Positions 48,101 to 53,749 of a stretch of DNA of 64,000 nucleotides are shown in pieces (position 1 is the stretch's first letter; each line of letters begins with the position of its first letter). The translations under genes were made by a program, and so were the position numbers. Source of the DNA: a virus (lineage: Duplodnaviria; Caudoviricetes). The stretch lies in the IMG/VR virus record IMGVR_UViG_3300025401_000012; one strand, written 5' to 3'. The notes under the pieces are model-generated. The model made no database searches. It was not told where the DNA came from and saw nothing but the letters and a program-made list of their open reading frames with translations.

Positions 48101-50476
48101 TATTGTTGCAATGTTTGCAGCAATTGATGACGAAATTGTTGTTGCGCCACCATTGATAAATCCGCTACCACCGTTTAGGTATGTTGCATTTGTATACTGA
48201 ACTACACTAGATTGATACAGCGTAGTACTACCAGAACCAAGTAAGGTGTTGTTAATAATGTTTTGTGCTAGGGTATTTAAATATCCAACCGCAGCTGCGC
48301 AGACAGGTTGTTCGCTAGAGTTTAAATGTAGTGTAGCATTGTAGCGGTAACGATTTGCTGCATAAACGCTTTGACTGTTACCTCCATACATTAAATCGTA
48401 TACTAAACTCCAAACAATATACTTTATATCGCGTTGTGATAACGATGTACTATAGCTTACATTTGGATAATTTGCTGTGATATACGCTGTTATTTCAGCT
48501 TGTATGAAAGGAATATTATTAATTAATAAATTTTGAGCACTTACCTGACCAGTAGTTGTTGTAGCAATTGATGGGAAAGTAGGATTTGGTATATTGCCAG
48601 ACTGAATAATATTAATAATCGATGTTATTGTGTTGGCAATAAATGTTGAAGTAGTTGGAGCAGTTGTAATGTTAGAATTCCAACTGGCTGAACTTGTAAT
48701 TACACTTGATAAATTAGTCAATGCTCCGACAATTTCAGTTGTAGTTAGTCCTGTATTAGCATACGAAAATGCCAAAGCTGCTTGAATACTTTGGTAATTT
48801 GATAAGAATACTACATCAGATGCAACAGCATCTATAACTGAACCAATGTATGTTTGTGTATTGGTTATGCTATAAGAATAAGTTGCCAGTTGCGCCTGAG
48901 CATAACCGATAGCATCAACTAGTTGAATATAATAATTTGAAATAATGTCTGAATTATTATTGTTTAATAATAAACTAGCCTGGGTAATACTATTGTAGTT
49001 TGATAAAGGAGCAACCGATCCATTAGAAAATACTAGATCGTTTCCAATACTGGTTAAAATATTATCAATAATACCGGCCCAACGTGCTTGACTAAATGTA
49101 AATTGATTTACATATTTTCTGTTTAGATAAGCAATAGTTTCAGCTTGAATGAATGATCTATTAGCTTGTAATAATGCTGTAGCATCCATGTATCCTTGGA
49201 TGCCACTATTTCCTCCCACTAGTGTTACACTTTGAACTGTACTTTTATATTGGGTTGGAGATATTGTATAAACAATAGTTTGACGATACGGTCCGGGTTC
49301 TATTGAAGATAAATTTATTAAATTGTCAGCTTGTAATGCAGCAGCACCTACAGTTTTGTAGGCATATTGCCAAGCACGACCTTGTCTTCCACTAGGTGTA
49401 TTTCTTTGTAAATCATCACCTTTTGTTGCACTAACATATAAATTAACACCGCTATAGTATGTGTTGCTATCAACATAATATTTTGTAGCAGCTTGTAAAT
49501 CGGTTGAAGAATTAACAATACCTTTACCGTTTAGCGGTGCAGGGTGATCGTTAAGAGTCAACGTGCCAGACATGGTATCGCCATCGCGACGAACTGCATG
49601 ACGGCGTTGTATCGCTTCAGTAGCTACATAATTTCCTTGTAATGTTGCATCGTAATCTGAATCACTGGTTTGTGGTGTAGTAGGTTCATTTCGAACTTTT
49701 AATGCCCCAATAACACTACCAGTTGCTGGATTAATTGGTAAAAAGTTACTGTTGGCATAGCCAACAGTAACTGGCATTTGATTTAGTGTAGTAGTTAAGC
49801 TAGGATTTACTGAGCCATAAAACGCATTAAATTGTGCTACTAGTGCTGGACTAGGATCAGACAAACGCCCAATAGTAAAATTTGCCGCATTTAAAAAATT
49901 TCCTAATGTCGGACTAGAATCGCTCTGAAGTGTGCCGGCTGTTGAACTAATAGTTAACGTACTATTATTTGAATTATTGATGGTAATATTTGTGCCAGCC
50001 ACTAGTGTTCTTGCAGATAATGCACTACCACTAGTATTTGCCATAATAATTTGATTAGCACTATAAGCTGTACTTGCCACAGCACCTAATGTCGTAGCTG
50101 TACCAGTGGTACTATTGATTACAGTAATAGTAGTAGATGATGCTGCTGTAATTAAATAGTTTCCATTATAACCAGATGGCGAACAACCGCTAATAGTAAT
50201 ATTTTGTCCTGTAGTAAATGGACTTAATAATACATTTGGATTAGAAAATGTTATAGTTGTAGAACCAGTAGACGGACTACCAGCAACAATATTTGTAATA
50301 CTAAAACTTGCCGTACCAGGTGCGTCTGCTAAGTTACTAAATTTAATTTGACCGCCAGCACCAAATACAGCATACAGCTCTGTAAAGTTATTATTGATTT
50401 TGGTAAAACTATCGCGAATACTATCGCCTGTACCGTCATTACCTTGTACACCTACGTTAACTAATTGTTGTGACAT
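36191..50476 (-). CDS. Giant (4761 aa) tail fibre/receptor-binding structural protein with C-terminal peptidase-G2-like autocleaving chaperone
   Basis: N-terminal NDGTGDSIRDSFTKIN motif; helical RD..IIDA...D..YGGN repeats; beta-helix-like segments; C-terminal YSDLAEWY...EPGTVL...LAGRVPCKV...KGD...GKALE. Confidence 0.8.
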   Translation of the reverse strand: MSQQLVNVGVQGNDGTGDSIRDSFTKINNNFTELYAVFGAGGQIKFSNLADAPGTASFSITNIVAGSPSTGSTTITFSNPNVLLSPFTTGQNITISGCSPSGYNGNYLITAASSTTITVINSTTGTATTLGAVASTAYSANQIIMANTSGSALSARTLVAGTNITINNSNNSTLTISSTAGTLQSDSSPTLGNFLNAANFTIGRLSDPSPALVAQFNAFYGSVNPSLTTTLNQMPVTVGYANSNFLPINPATGSVIGALKVRNEPTTPQTSDSDYDATLQGNYVATEAIQRRHAVRRDGDTMSGTLTLNDHPAPLNGKGIVNSSTDLQAATKYYVDSNTYYSGVNLYVSATKGDDLQRNTPSGRQGRAWQYAYKTVGAAALQADNLINLSSIEPGPYRQTIVYTISPTQYKSTVQSVTLVGGNSGIQGYMDATALLQANRSFIQAETIAYLNRKYVNQFTFSQARWAGIIDNILTSIGNDLVFSNGSVAPLSNYNSITQASLLLNNNNSDIISNYYIQLVDAIGYAQAQLATYSYSITNTQTYIGSVIDAVASDVVFLSNYQSIQAALAFSYANTGLTTTEIVGALTNLSSVITSSASWNSNITTAPTTSTFIANTITSIINIIQSGNIPNPTFPSIATTTTGQVSAQNLLINNIPFIQAEITAYITANYPNVSYSTSLSQRDIKYIVWSLVYDLMYGGNSQSVYAANRYRYNATLHLNSSEQPVCAAAVGYLNTLAQNIINNTLLGSGSTTLYQSSVVQYTNATYLNGGSGFINGGATTISSSIAANIATIQHVIDGTNTSPTATAPTYSNGNSILQSIRSILTSQKVGDTFTGSIATNTLTISGSVTGSVPFGIGDTISGAGVIDGTIITGGSGLSWTVNNALNLSLVPMTTGLVQGAINYINATYSIINDTTTNTIITNLFSSITNLLNVGVPNRTVPTFVNPTGLPSANSQAQSALLANILFLQNEFTSWIAVNYSTTTIDVISTKRALGYIIEALAYDLTYGGNTASSAVAQTFIASANAIGAGLNSLYVAALTQISTTIGTVLSNSPASASLGNYLSVTGVTVSTPSTGYVQLNFASQTSAPFTIGQQITVQGLTPSSLNSTTGTSFTVTGVGTNYVQYANTTNSTVGFVSGQGQITTQVQYSGWSSASGVTTGTQATNYQTTTSLLGEIITIVGATTVTTSTTNNITTISTVTTTGGGSNTVNYTLTNPLISNSVYNSTYINARTLINNNYITVGTATTTYLANKYTGGFNYNQATCSRDIGLIVDAMVIDMRVNGTYQSINAGRAYYKNASAQGIAIGTQYTETIDGLTFAFGDGSGSNVGLVYQVLNQTTNVQRYQTLVTQQTNATLSTNYNPTTPAINTYTSQWYIAYSIITTGLGAAPAITTSTYGTGYYSITFNNGGNGYVDQGTPGDVHIIPGKILIGNSSNALGQIISYTPGKQPLSTVPYDTINMYLTQPGFFQVGEYLDYGETVSNLNITIFVESGIYYEDYPIKIPANVTISGDDFRRTIIRPLNRISQSPWRNVFFYRDGVIDALQVGPINYAGTDYAQLSATALTIGATSGTFTASLGNGVQAISTWPGLVLTEAVYQVTSASINTSTNVATLTFQTIQGNLMPSSPYIVGQNINIEGMTPASYNGVYAINTINVTGAGTSGGTATITVYNYSTTINATSYGNIVAGKAVINTVSGNVINCTTIYPFTATQTYAANSWHLFGTINYGRHYLSNPLDINSTPLNNQNMDVFLCNDATRIKLLTMQGHGGFAMVLDPTGQIKTKSPYGQESAVFSASINAQAFRGGQFVDGFTGRLFGNIIGIASANGTAGLSVTIQGTVNSGLDVRPPQTPCAFYLQGFRYQVNNVTSYNANATITTAAYVSGGAIGAKTLTIASNLLVLVGQVISGTGIPTGTYIKSISGTTLTLSAALTTQAAGTYTFYAPQVTVTLDVSTPFNPAVIYSSAAFASNLGNIVDAIAYDNVFGSNYQSVKQGLIYLAPQNAVTTTAELFVIQGLNYANSLINTLSLQSTTLTTVASSLANITNIIANGTVSVPTLVYPDPVGVTSTVSQARKNITLNKNFLQSEISAWIANNYVTTSLSNYTATKSQRDAGYIIDAISYDLLYGGNSSIYDIAQTFYTSNYNGTSQLGTNAQVCIAAYIRLNTVIQQVIQNQVVTPSNGNLLTQNLTTYTAATETLSSVVIGSSGTFTFATAPRTLVVGLAVTISGTNTGSGSVANGTYYITTCTQTSFTLSSYSGGAAISTTAGTPVGLTFAFSVEALAISTLFNTLIDYVADGAFNDTVAATITAGSTTITNLSYSPYLTNGVTVTGTGIPASTTLSNINFSTGTATLSNAATATSASTGGSNQDGTILLTVGSPAVTRTPPVITAQTTSAITDFYTLSNNKIASVTATYSSGGASGASSFTISNSANTTLSNVQATGLAGTFTCNSAKLVLGNTVTVTGSAGGTGSISGYTTGNIYYIISVTGTTGFTLSTTLNGSPITTTIGTLTMTFTETGSVSGILPGMIVTGTGVPAGTAVANTYVPTSSTIQLVSASTGLPVTLTAQAAGTYTFGTSTIDIEDAAVNYINAGANIGINIEMGGNKSMLSNDFTMVNDLGYGLLVTNGGAAEAVSMFTYYNYVSYWALNGGQIRSVAGSSSYGVYGLRSSGSDVTELPNAVNLANDMVQTARIYKEGIFASSQTTATSLNLTVYIINYEYPPEPTSELEIDHTASGGVITRYLINTVSHTTVYVNGQNVLSLALSTSGTNSTTTTGLAYPLYDGQLVTIRVLQNIKFYNITNVKPVRPSTALQYSTNLGSIYRIISYGLTESTGEQLPANTSVLTTDSSFAYISFNHDTSSIQNADLVNYAAKGFVAINGSGNNTSSTTLTVNQVNGTIIAGQILGGIGFTNQTVSTVVTNTAVTTGSTISNTGVFTVGTLGSGTVAIGMVLTGTNVTGTVYIISNISGSGSGSTWQTNTTSAATSGAITGTSYTVTLSGVPTLTPYGPVVFSTQSQGSKLGDSKIAVLASSVSTTINQINQGTYLTGWGGKVFRVLSYTQSNIPASGLFNQALSTTASSTGIIGNGLASASIGNIFTPLSTITGSFTVGMGLTGSGITNSTYITAVNSAVFIGTISTTTLTISSVTSGTISIGMAITGTGVTAGTYIVSGSGTSWTLNQSATGTPTTGTSYTVNIGQLVTSNTFTGYSTTIYLTAVAGTITNNSLITGAGFNGTQSIVSFTQPTLSTAQIVLNVAPSGVPSGTLTIGTATNAFLTIDPNSVYNLSSIGTGVSAMTFASQTLQPNSTSSKFVTYNIPYNANAILPPVDSYITIANQANTNYNGTYQVVGITNKTQITTSSTSSLTTGMVVSSINTSITITGITASTPGVGYFTVTYGTQTSAPFSINSVIVIAGVTGTTAYNGTYTVYSLVSGTGLTGVVIASTTTGSATVTGATISNPFSYVPSGTIVQSIDSSTQFTVSPACWVQYGSVVSSQLLGTVASVTITNGGSGYTSPPTITFSGGGVTSPAQQAIAVCTISGGSISAVTVVSPGFGYTSTPTITLSSVLGGAILTPVITVPTAVSVSANAGVNTIQAQLLYSTDPGTSGNATAVATTTATMSSSSINSSGVLSIGSVSGTVTNGMILTGAGIAQETSLSVASVSTNTGTVTFTVITSLTTPYAVGQLITVTGMVPTGYNGTYPVTASSTTTFSSTSGFISGNTLSLTGTITNSSNISIGSVVTSANITAGTYITGINTATFTSTISSTTLTIATISAGTISVGMVLSGGTVTAGTYISAFLGGTGGTGTYTLNQSATGTPTTGTSYTVNTSQSAASASVSGTTTIVSYTNSTTGALSTPGTVNSNIYTYITSGSGSTWQTATNIGTNYTVSSTTITGTDNLITLSTVNNISIGNQITFTTPSGGTALGNLVTGTTYYITNVNSSTKQITVSATPGGNSFTTGTVGTGLMTFYCPGYTYGSSITSTGFVSKTYNSGNNNYSIVLSFLTTTAPTTNAWFYVAGNSNSLYNGYFQCSSSSTTSITLTYPYDPGIYGTTYTTTTTITPEVTSASSTALGLSKPFSLTTSSTLRLGYPAASSGQITVKISTTRATGHDFLNIGTGGYNTSNYPTQIYGNPAIAEISSQQILEETTGRVFYVTTDENGIFRVGRFFTVDQGTGTVTFSASIALSNLDGLGFKKGVVVSSFSTDGTMAENASDVIPVQSAIRSYIDSRLGLTHNGSLTPLVNLIGPGFLALDGSLSMKGNINAAGFTVSNLATPVYTTDAANKVYVDGKVTLFNALSKLSDVLIASPIQNNLLAYNGTTWVNASTGGASNITITYVGTNIVATINSSTITNSMISSSAAIAQSKLSLNVAKGLATGTSGSGTAGAIVQADLGLSVYNNNVFNVSATGFVDLLTSSSSTTGVPLTAITQIATGTLLGNRSGSATSPTTVTPAQVVSDAGGIVNTSFNSSGIMTITYNGVSTAGNTYSVTPVSVSNAVSSIVKSGADKSVDVGSLKVSTYTALTVSGTTLNFSTPGASTGTTYFMTSTGTTTSNTVTTMYGAVDHTNGTLLAKNLFTNSTDNTVKGSIQGNWQVQSGSYIDLYTYGGTLLSSTLTTGSGTNAGTITGTWTLSGTGTQLQATYSDLAEWYTADAEYEPGTVLVFGGDAETTTTTTINDTRCAGIVTTDPAYTMNSQLKGTRACLALAGRVPCKVVGRVKKGDILTTSATPGYAVRAATPTLGAIVGKALEDKDYGEAGVIEVAVGRA

Positions 50477-50479
50477 ATA

Positions 50480-50803
50480 TTAAACTCCGAAGCTGCTACC
50501 ACAGCCGCATGTTGTTGTTGCATTAGGGTTTTTGATACTAAAACTACTACCCATTAAATCTTCTTTATAATCTATTTCTGCACCTGTGAGGTATTGCATG
50601 CTCATGCTGTCTACAAGTACTTTATATTGGTCTAACGGGATTTCAAAATCATCCTCGTTCATTTCTTCGTCAAATGTAAAACCGTAGCTGAAGCCACTAC
50701 AGCCTCCACCTTGTACAAATGTACGTAATGCTAATTTAGGATTGTTTTCTTCAAGGAGTAAATCCTTGATTTTTGCTTTTGCTGATTCAGAGATTGTGAT
50801 CAT
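50480..50803 (-). CDS. A-type Fe-S carrier (ErpA/IscA/HesB family)
   Basis: GGGCSGFSY and CGCGSSF; start set at MITISES behind a GAGG RBS. Confidence 0.93.
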   Translation of the reverse strand: MITISESAKAKIKDLLLEENNPKLALRTFVQGGGCSGFSYGFTFDEEMNEDDFEIPLDQYKVLVDSMSMQYLTGAEIDYKEDLMGSSFSIKNPNATTTCGCGSSFGV

Positions 50804-50820
50804 GATTGCCCTCGATATGT

Positions 50821-50868
50821 TATTTATCAAAGGCTTTTTATAATCTTAATGTAAATTAAATGTAAATA
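50821..50868. promoter_or_regulatory. Divergent late-like TAAATA motifs
   Basis: Minus strand 50826-50821 (to erpA); plus strand 50863-50868 (to 50874). Confidence 0.5.
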
Positions 50869-50873
50869 CTAGC

Positions 50874-51161
50874 ATGTACTTGAGCATAGAATATCAACAA
50901 ACACAGCACATACGTGTGAGCAAACGCGGTAACTATCATAGTTATTTTCGTAAAAAACGTATTGTGATTTTTAGTTGCGATTGTTGTCAGGGAATTTTTA
51001 AACGAGACAAAGGAGACATAGATCCTAAACGTTTAGATAATAACTATTATCATGTATGCGGCAACTGCGATGCTAAAAAGTTTGCCCAAGAAAAAGGCGT
51101 AGAAGCACGTAAAGTTTGGGATATGCCAGTTAGCAGTCTTAAGACGCTAGACCAATTCTAG
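50874..51161 (+). CDS. Small Cys-containing (zinc-ribbon-like) protein
   Basis: CDCC and HVCGNC motifs. Confidence 0.6.
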   Translation: MYLSIEYQQTQHIRVSKRGNYHSYFRKKRIVIFSCDCCQGIFKRDKGDIDPKRLDNNYYHVCGNCDAKKFAQEKGVEARKVWDMPVSSLKTLDQF

Positions 51162-51699
51162 AACTAATAACGTTCCAGTTGATAATTTTCCATTGATTAG
51201 ATAGATACTTTTTCTTTTCACTTTGATAGTCTAATGCCCACGCATGTTCCCACCAGTCAACTATTAAAACAATATCCATCTTAATTTCGTGGTTCTTGAT
51301 AGTTTTAATTTTACCATCTCGAGCTAGGTATACCCAACCACTACCTTGTATTTTCATTGCTTCTTTTTCAAAATCAGCTGTAAATTTGTCAAATGTTTTA
51401 AAATGTTTAGTTATAAACTCGCCAGCAGAACCGTCTGGATCATTACTTCTTGCAGGTTCTTGATATTGAGTAAACAATAAATCGTGTAAAAATGCACCTG
51501 CTTCATTAAAATCAGCATCGCCTTCGCCGTTATTAAACCGATCAACATATCCTTTGTATAATTTTCCATAATGGTAGTTGATAGTATCCTCACTGATACT
51601 AGGTTCTAACGCATCGCGTTTGTAAGGCAATTTAGTTTGTTCTAAAGTTTTAGGAGTTTTTCCTTCATTTAGGCTAACATAACGAATAAAATTATACAT
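51139..51699 (-). CDS. Fe/Mn superoxide dismutase
   Basis: LPYKRDALEP, NYHYGK, FLHD, GSGW, DWWEHAW signature. Confidence 0.9.
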   Translation of the reverse strand: MYNFIRYVSLNEGKTPKTLEQTKLPYKRDALEPSISEDTINYHYGKLYKGYVDRFNNGEGDADFNEAGAFLHDLLFTQYQEPARSNDPDGSAGEFITKHFKTFDKFTADFEKEAMKIQGSGWVYLARDGKIKTIKNHEIKMDIVLIVDWWEHAWALDYQSEKKKYLSNQWKIINWNVISSRIGLAS

Positions 51700-51706
51700 A
51701 GTGTAA

Positions 51707-51724
51707 TATTTAGCGATATAAATA
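51707..51724. promoter_or_regulatory. Divergent late-like promoters, including a perfect TATAAATA
   Basis: Minus strand TAAATA 51712-51707 (to sod); plus strand TATAAATA 51717-51724 (to 51744). Confidence 0.6.
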
Positions 51725-51743
51725 ACATGGAGGATAATATACC

Positions 51744-51998
51744 ATGTTAAAATTTATCAAAAGTTTCTTTAAAAAGCAAGAAGCATCTGTTGCTGAATAT
51801 AAAGTAGAAGCACCAGCACCAGTTGTTGACGTTGCACCAGTTCCAGCCGGCACACCGCTAGTAAACGATGCTGGTGTAGTTGTTGCTATTGCTGATGGAA
51901 AACCTGCTAAAGGCCCTAAGGTTAAGAAAGAGCCAGCGGCTAAAAAAGCATCAGCTGTTAAGAAACCACGTAAGCCTAAAACGCCTAAAGCAGAGTAA
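51744..51998 (+). CDS. Small Ala/Lys/Pro-rich protein with a histone-like basic tail
   Basis: 84 aa, GGAGG RBS, KKEPAAKKASAVKKPRKPK tail. Confidence 0.7.
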   Translation: MLKFIKSFFKKQEASVAEYKVEAPAPVVDVAPVPAGTPLVNDAGVVVAIADGKPAKGPKVKKEPAAKKASAVKKPRKPKTPKAE

Positions 51999-53010
51999 GT
52001 TCTTTAGCCTGCTCGTAAAGCGCAAAGCTGGCTAGATTCTTGCCCTTGCTTTCGCACATGATATCGTGCGTACCTAAAAAGCTCAATGCCCATTCATTCG
52101 TTGCTGTGTTCCAGTAAAAGTCTGAATGTGCTCTGAGCTTTTGCTTTTTGTAGCCTTCTAGAATAAGCTGGGCATGAACAGGTGCGGTAGACTGGTCGTG
52201 GTCGATAAGATAATCCTCACGACTAACTGAATAGTGACAAGTAGGCCGCATACCACGCCAGCTATCAACAACCCTCTTAACACGGTCATCGTTGGCGTTA
52301 ATGTACTCTCCCTCTCGGATCCAATGATGATGTATATCGAGGACAATAGGAACAACATCACTAATAGTAAGACAATCATTTAACCCCCATGAGTTTTCTT
52401 CGTTCTCAATTGTAATACAGTTGCGGGCCTCGGGTGTGAGTAACTTGTAGGCACGTCTAATACCTTCGGGACCTTGTTTACCCGAGATGTGTACGTTGAT
52501 TTTGAAATCCTGGAAGGATTTACCATAGCCCATGTAACGTGCCATATCTGCATGATATTCAAACTCGGCTATCGAACGCTCGACAATGCCAGGGTTATCA
52601 CTTGCCAGAACTGTAAACTGACCAGGATGCATAGACAAGCGAATATTACTATTGCGAGCAATGTCGCCCACTCGCGCAAAGTGCTTTTCGCAGTATGATA
52701 CAACGTCAGGTTTACGCCAATAATCAGCAAAGTCAGCGTGAGTATAAGCAGGGAGAATGTCACTGCTAATCCTAACCATCCTAAGAGGAGCATCAAGGGT
52801 GCTGACACGTTCGACTAGTTTCCTTGTTGATTCGATATTGCCTACCATTAGGTCCCATAGTTTCTGCTCCGCGACATCTCTTGATTGTTTATTTAACCAA
52901 GAAATAGTAGTTGTACCTGTATTATACTGTTTGGCATCGTCATCTTTGCCAATACCATTGACCTGATGAGGATGGTCAATCCATTTACATGCGAAGCCTA
53001 TACGTTTCAT
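51985..53010 (-). CDS. UV-damage endonuclease (UvdE/UvsE family)
   Basis: RIGFACK, MVRISS, MHPGQF, IENEE, LDIHHHW, HYS, HSDF; start set at MKRIGF. Confidence 0.9.
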   Translation of the reverse strand: MKRIGFACKWIDHPHQVNGIGKDDDAKQYNTGTTTISWLNKQSRDVAEQKLWDLMVGNIESTRKLVERVSTLDAPLRMVRISSDILPAYTHADFADYWRKPDVVSYCEKHFARVGDIARNSNIRLSMHPGQFTVLASDNPGIVERSIAEFEYHADMARYMGYGKSFQDFKINVHISGKQGPEGIRRAYKLLTPEARNCITIENEENSWGLNDCLTISDVVPIVLDIHHHWIREGEYINANDDRVKRVVDSWRGMRPTCHYSVSREDYLIDHDQSTAPVHAQLILEGYKKQKLRAHSDFYWNTATNEWALSFLGTHDIMCESKGKNLASFALYEQAKELTLL

Positions 53011-53210
53011 TACCAATGCCTTATGACGCCTGCGATTATAAAAGTGTTTGTAAGTACATATGATAACACAATTAAGGTACGAATGCAAGCAATTCGGTCC
53101 GATTCCTTGTCCGTGTTGCCTGCTTTCTCACCTAATGCTTTGGCCCAAAGGCGCCAAAAATACTTAACCTTCGTACGTAGCCGAATTAGCACCGTGTTCA
53201 AATACTTCAA
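53010..53210 (-). CDS. Small membrane protein; start uncertain
   Basis: WRLWAKALGEK...IRTLIVLSYVLTN..IIAGVIRHW with one TM helix; TAATG-coupled to the UV endonuclease. Confidence 0.6.
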   Translation of the reverse strand: MKYLNTVLIRLRTKVKYFWRLWAKALGEKAGNTDKESDRIACIRTLIVLSYVLTNTFIIAGVIRHW

Positions 53211-53649
53211 CTGATTTAACTCTTACTGTTGGGTTAATTGGGTAGCGTTGATTGCCATTTACTAATAAGTCTGCCATTTTGTCATATGCCATTTTGGCAA
53301 ACATTTCACAGCCTACACCTTCCACAATACGTAAATCGCACAAGCCGCTATCATTGAATCCACCTTTAATTTCATTTAACTGTTTGAATGTTTCAAGATG
53401 GGGATCGTCTTCTGCAATAACTAAAGTGTGATCAAACATATAGTCTGCCCACGCTTTGAATTCTTTGAGTCCGCCAAAGTCCATGCACCAGTTTTTGTCA
53501 TCTAGTGTGTCACATTCAAAGATTAATTTGATGCCAATTGAGTACCCATGTAGCGTTGAGCAATGACTGTGTGTGGCACGCCATTGTCTAAAACAGCATG
53601 AAAGTCCGCGATCATTTCCGTAAGTTTTTGTAGAGTAAAATTTTGCCAT
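53164..53649 (-). CDS. queD: 6-pyruvoyl-tetrahydropterin synthase/QueD-like T-fold protein
   Basis: HCSTLHGY, DFGGLK, FDHT, CEMFA, VEVFEH (T-fold Glu). Confidence 0.75.
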   Translation of the reverse strand: MAKFYSTKTYGNDRGLSCCFRQWRATHSHCSTLHGYSIGIKLIFECDTLDDKNWCMDFGGLKEFKAWADYMFDHTLVIAEDDPHLETFKQLNEIKGGFNDSGLCDLRIVEGVGCEMFAKMAYDKMADLLVNGNQRYPINPTVRVKSVEVFEHGANSATYEG

Positions 53650-53713
53650 TGTTGTCTCCTAAGATTAGCAATGGCGGCAGAGTTTATATTGCGGGATGAC
53701 GCCTAGTCCGCAT
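53642..53713 (-). ncRNA. Candidate cis-regulatory RNA (H-type pseudoknot/anti-AUG switch) in the queD leader
   Basis: P1 UGCGG/CCGCA, loop ACUAGGCGUCAUC, A-rich linker, CGCC complementary to the loop GGCG; alternative GCCAUUG/CAAUGGC helix covers the AUG. Confidence 0.4.
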
Positions 53714-53719
53714 ATAGTA

Positions 53720-53748
53720 ATTATATACTTTTATTGCGTAAAGTCAAT
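53720..53748 (-). promoter_or_regulatory. sigma70-type promoter TTGACT-17-TATAAT (queD-uvdE)
   Basis: -35 at 53748-53743, -10 at 53725-53720. Confidence 0.8.
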
Positions 53749-53749
53749 G

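Noticed and set aside
36191-50476. Diversity-generating retroelement targeting the fibre
   Set aside because: No reverse transcriptase in the window and no template/variable repeat pair differing only at adenines was seen
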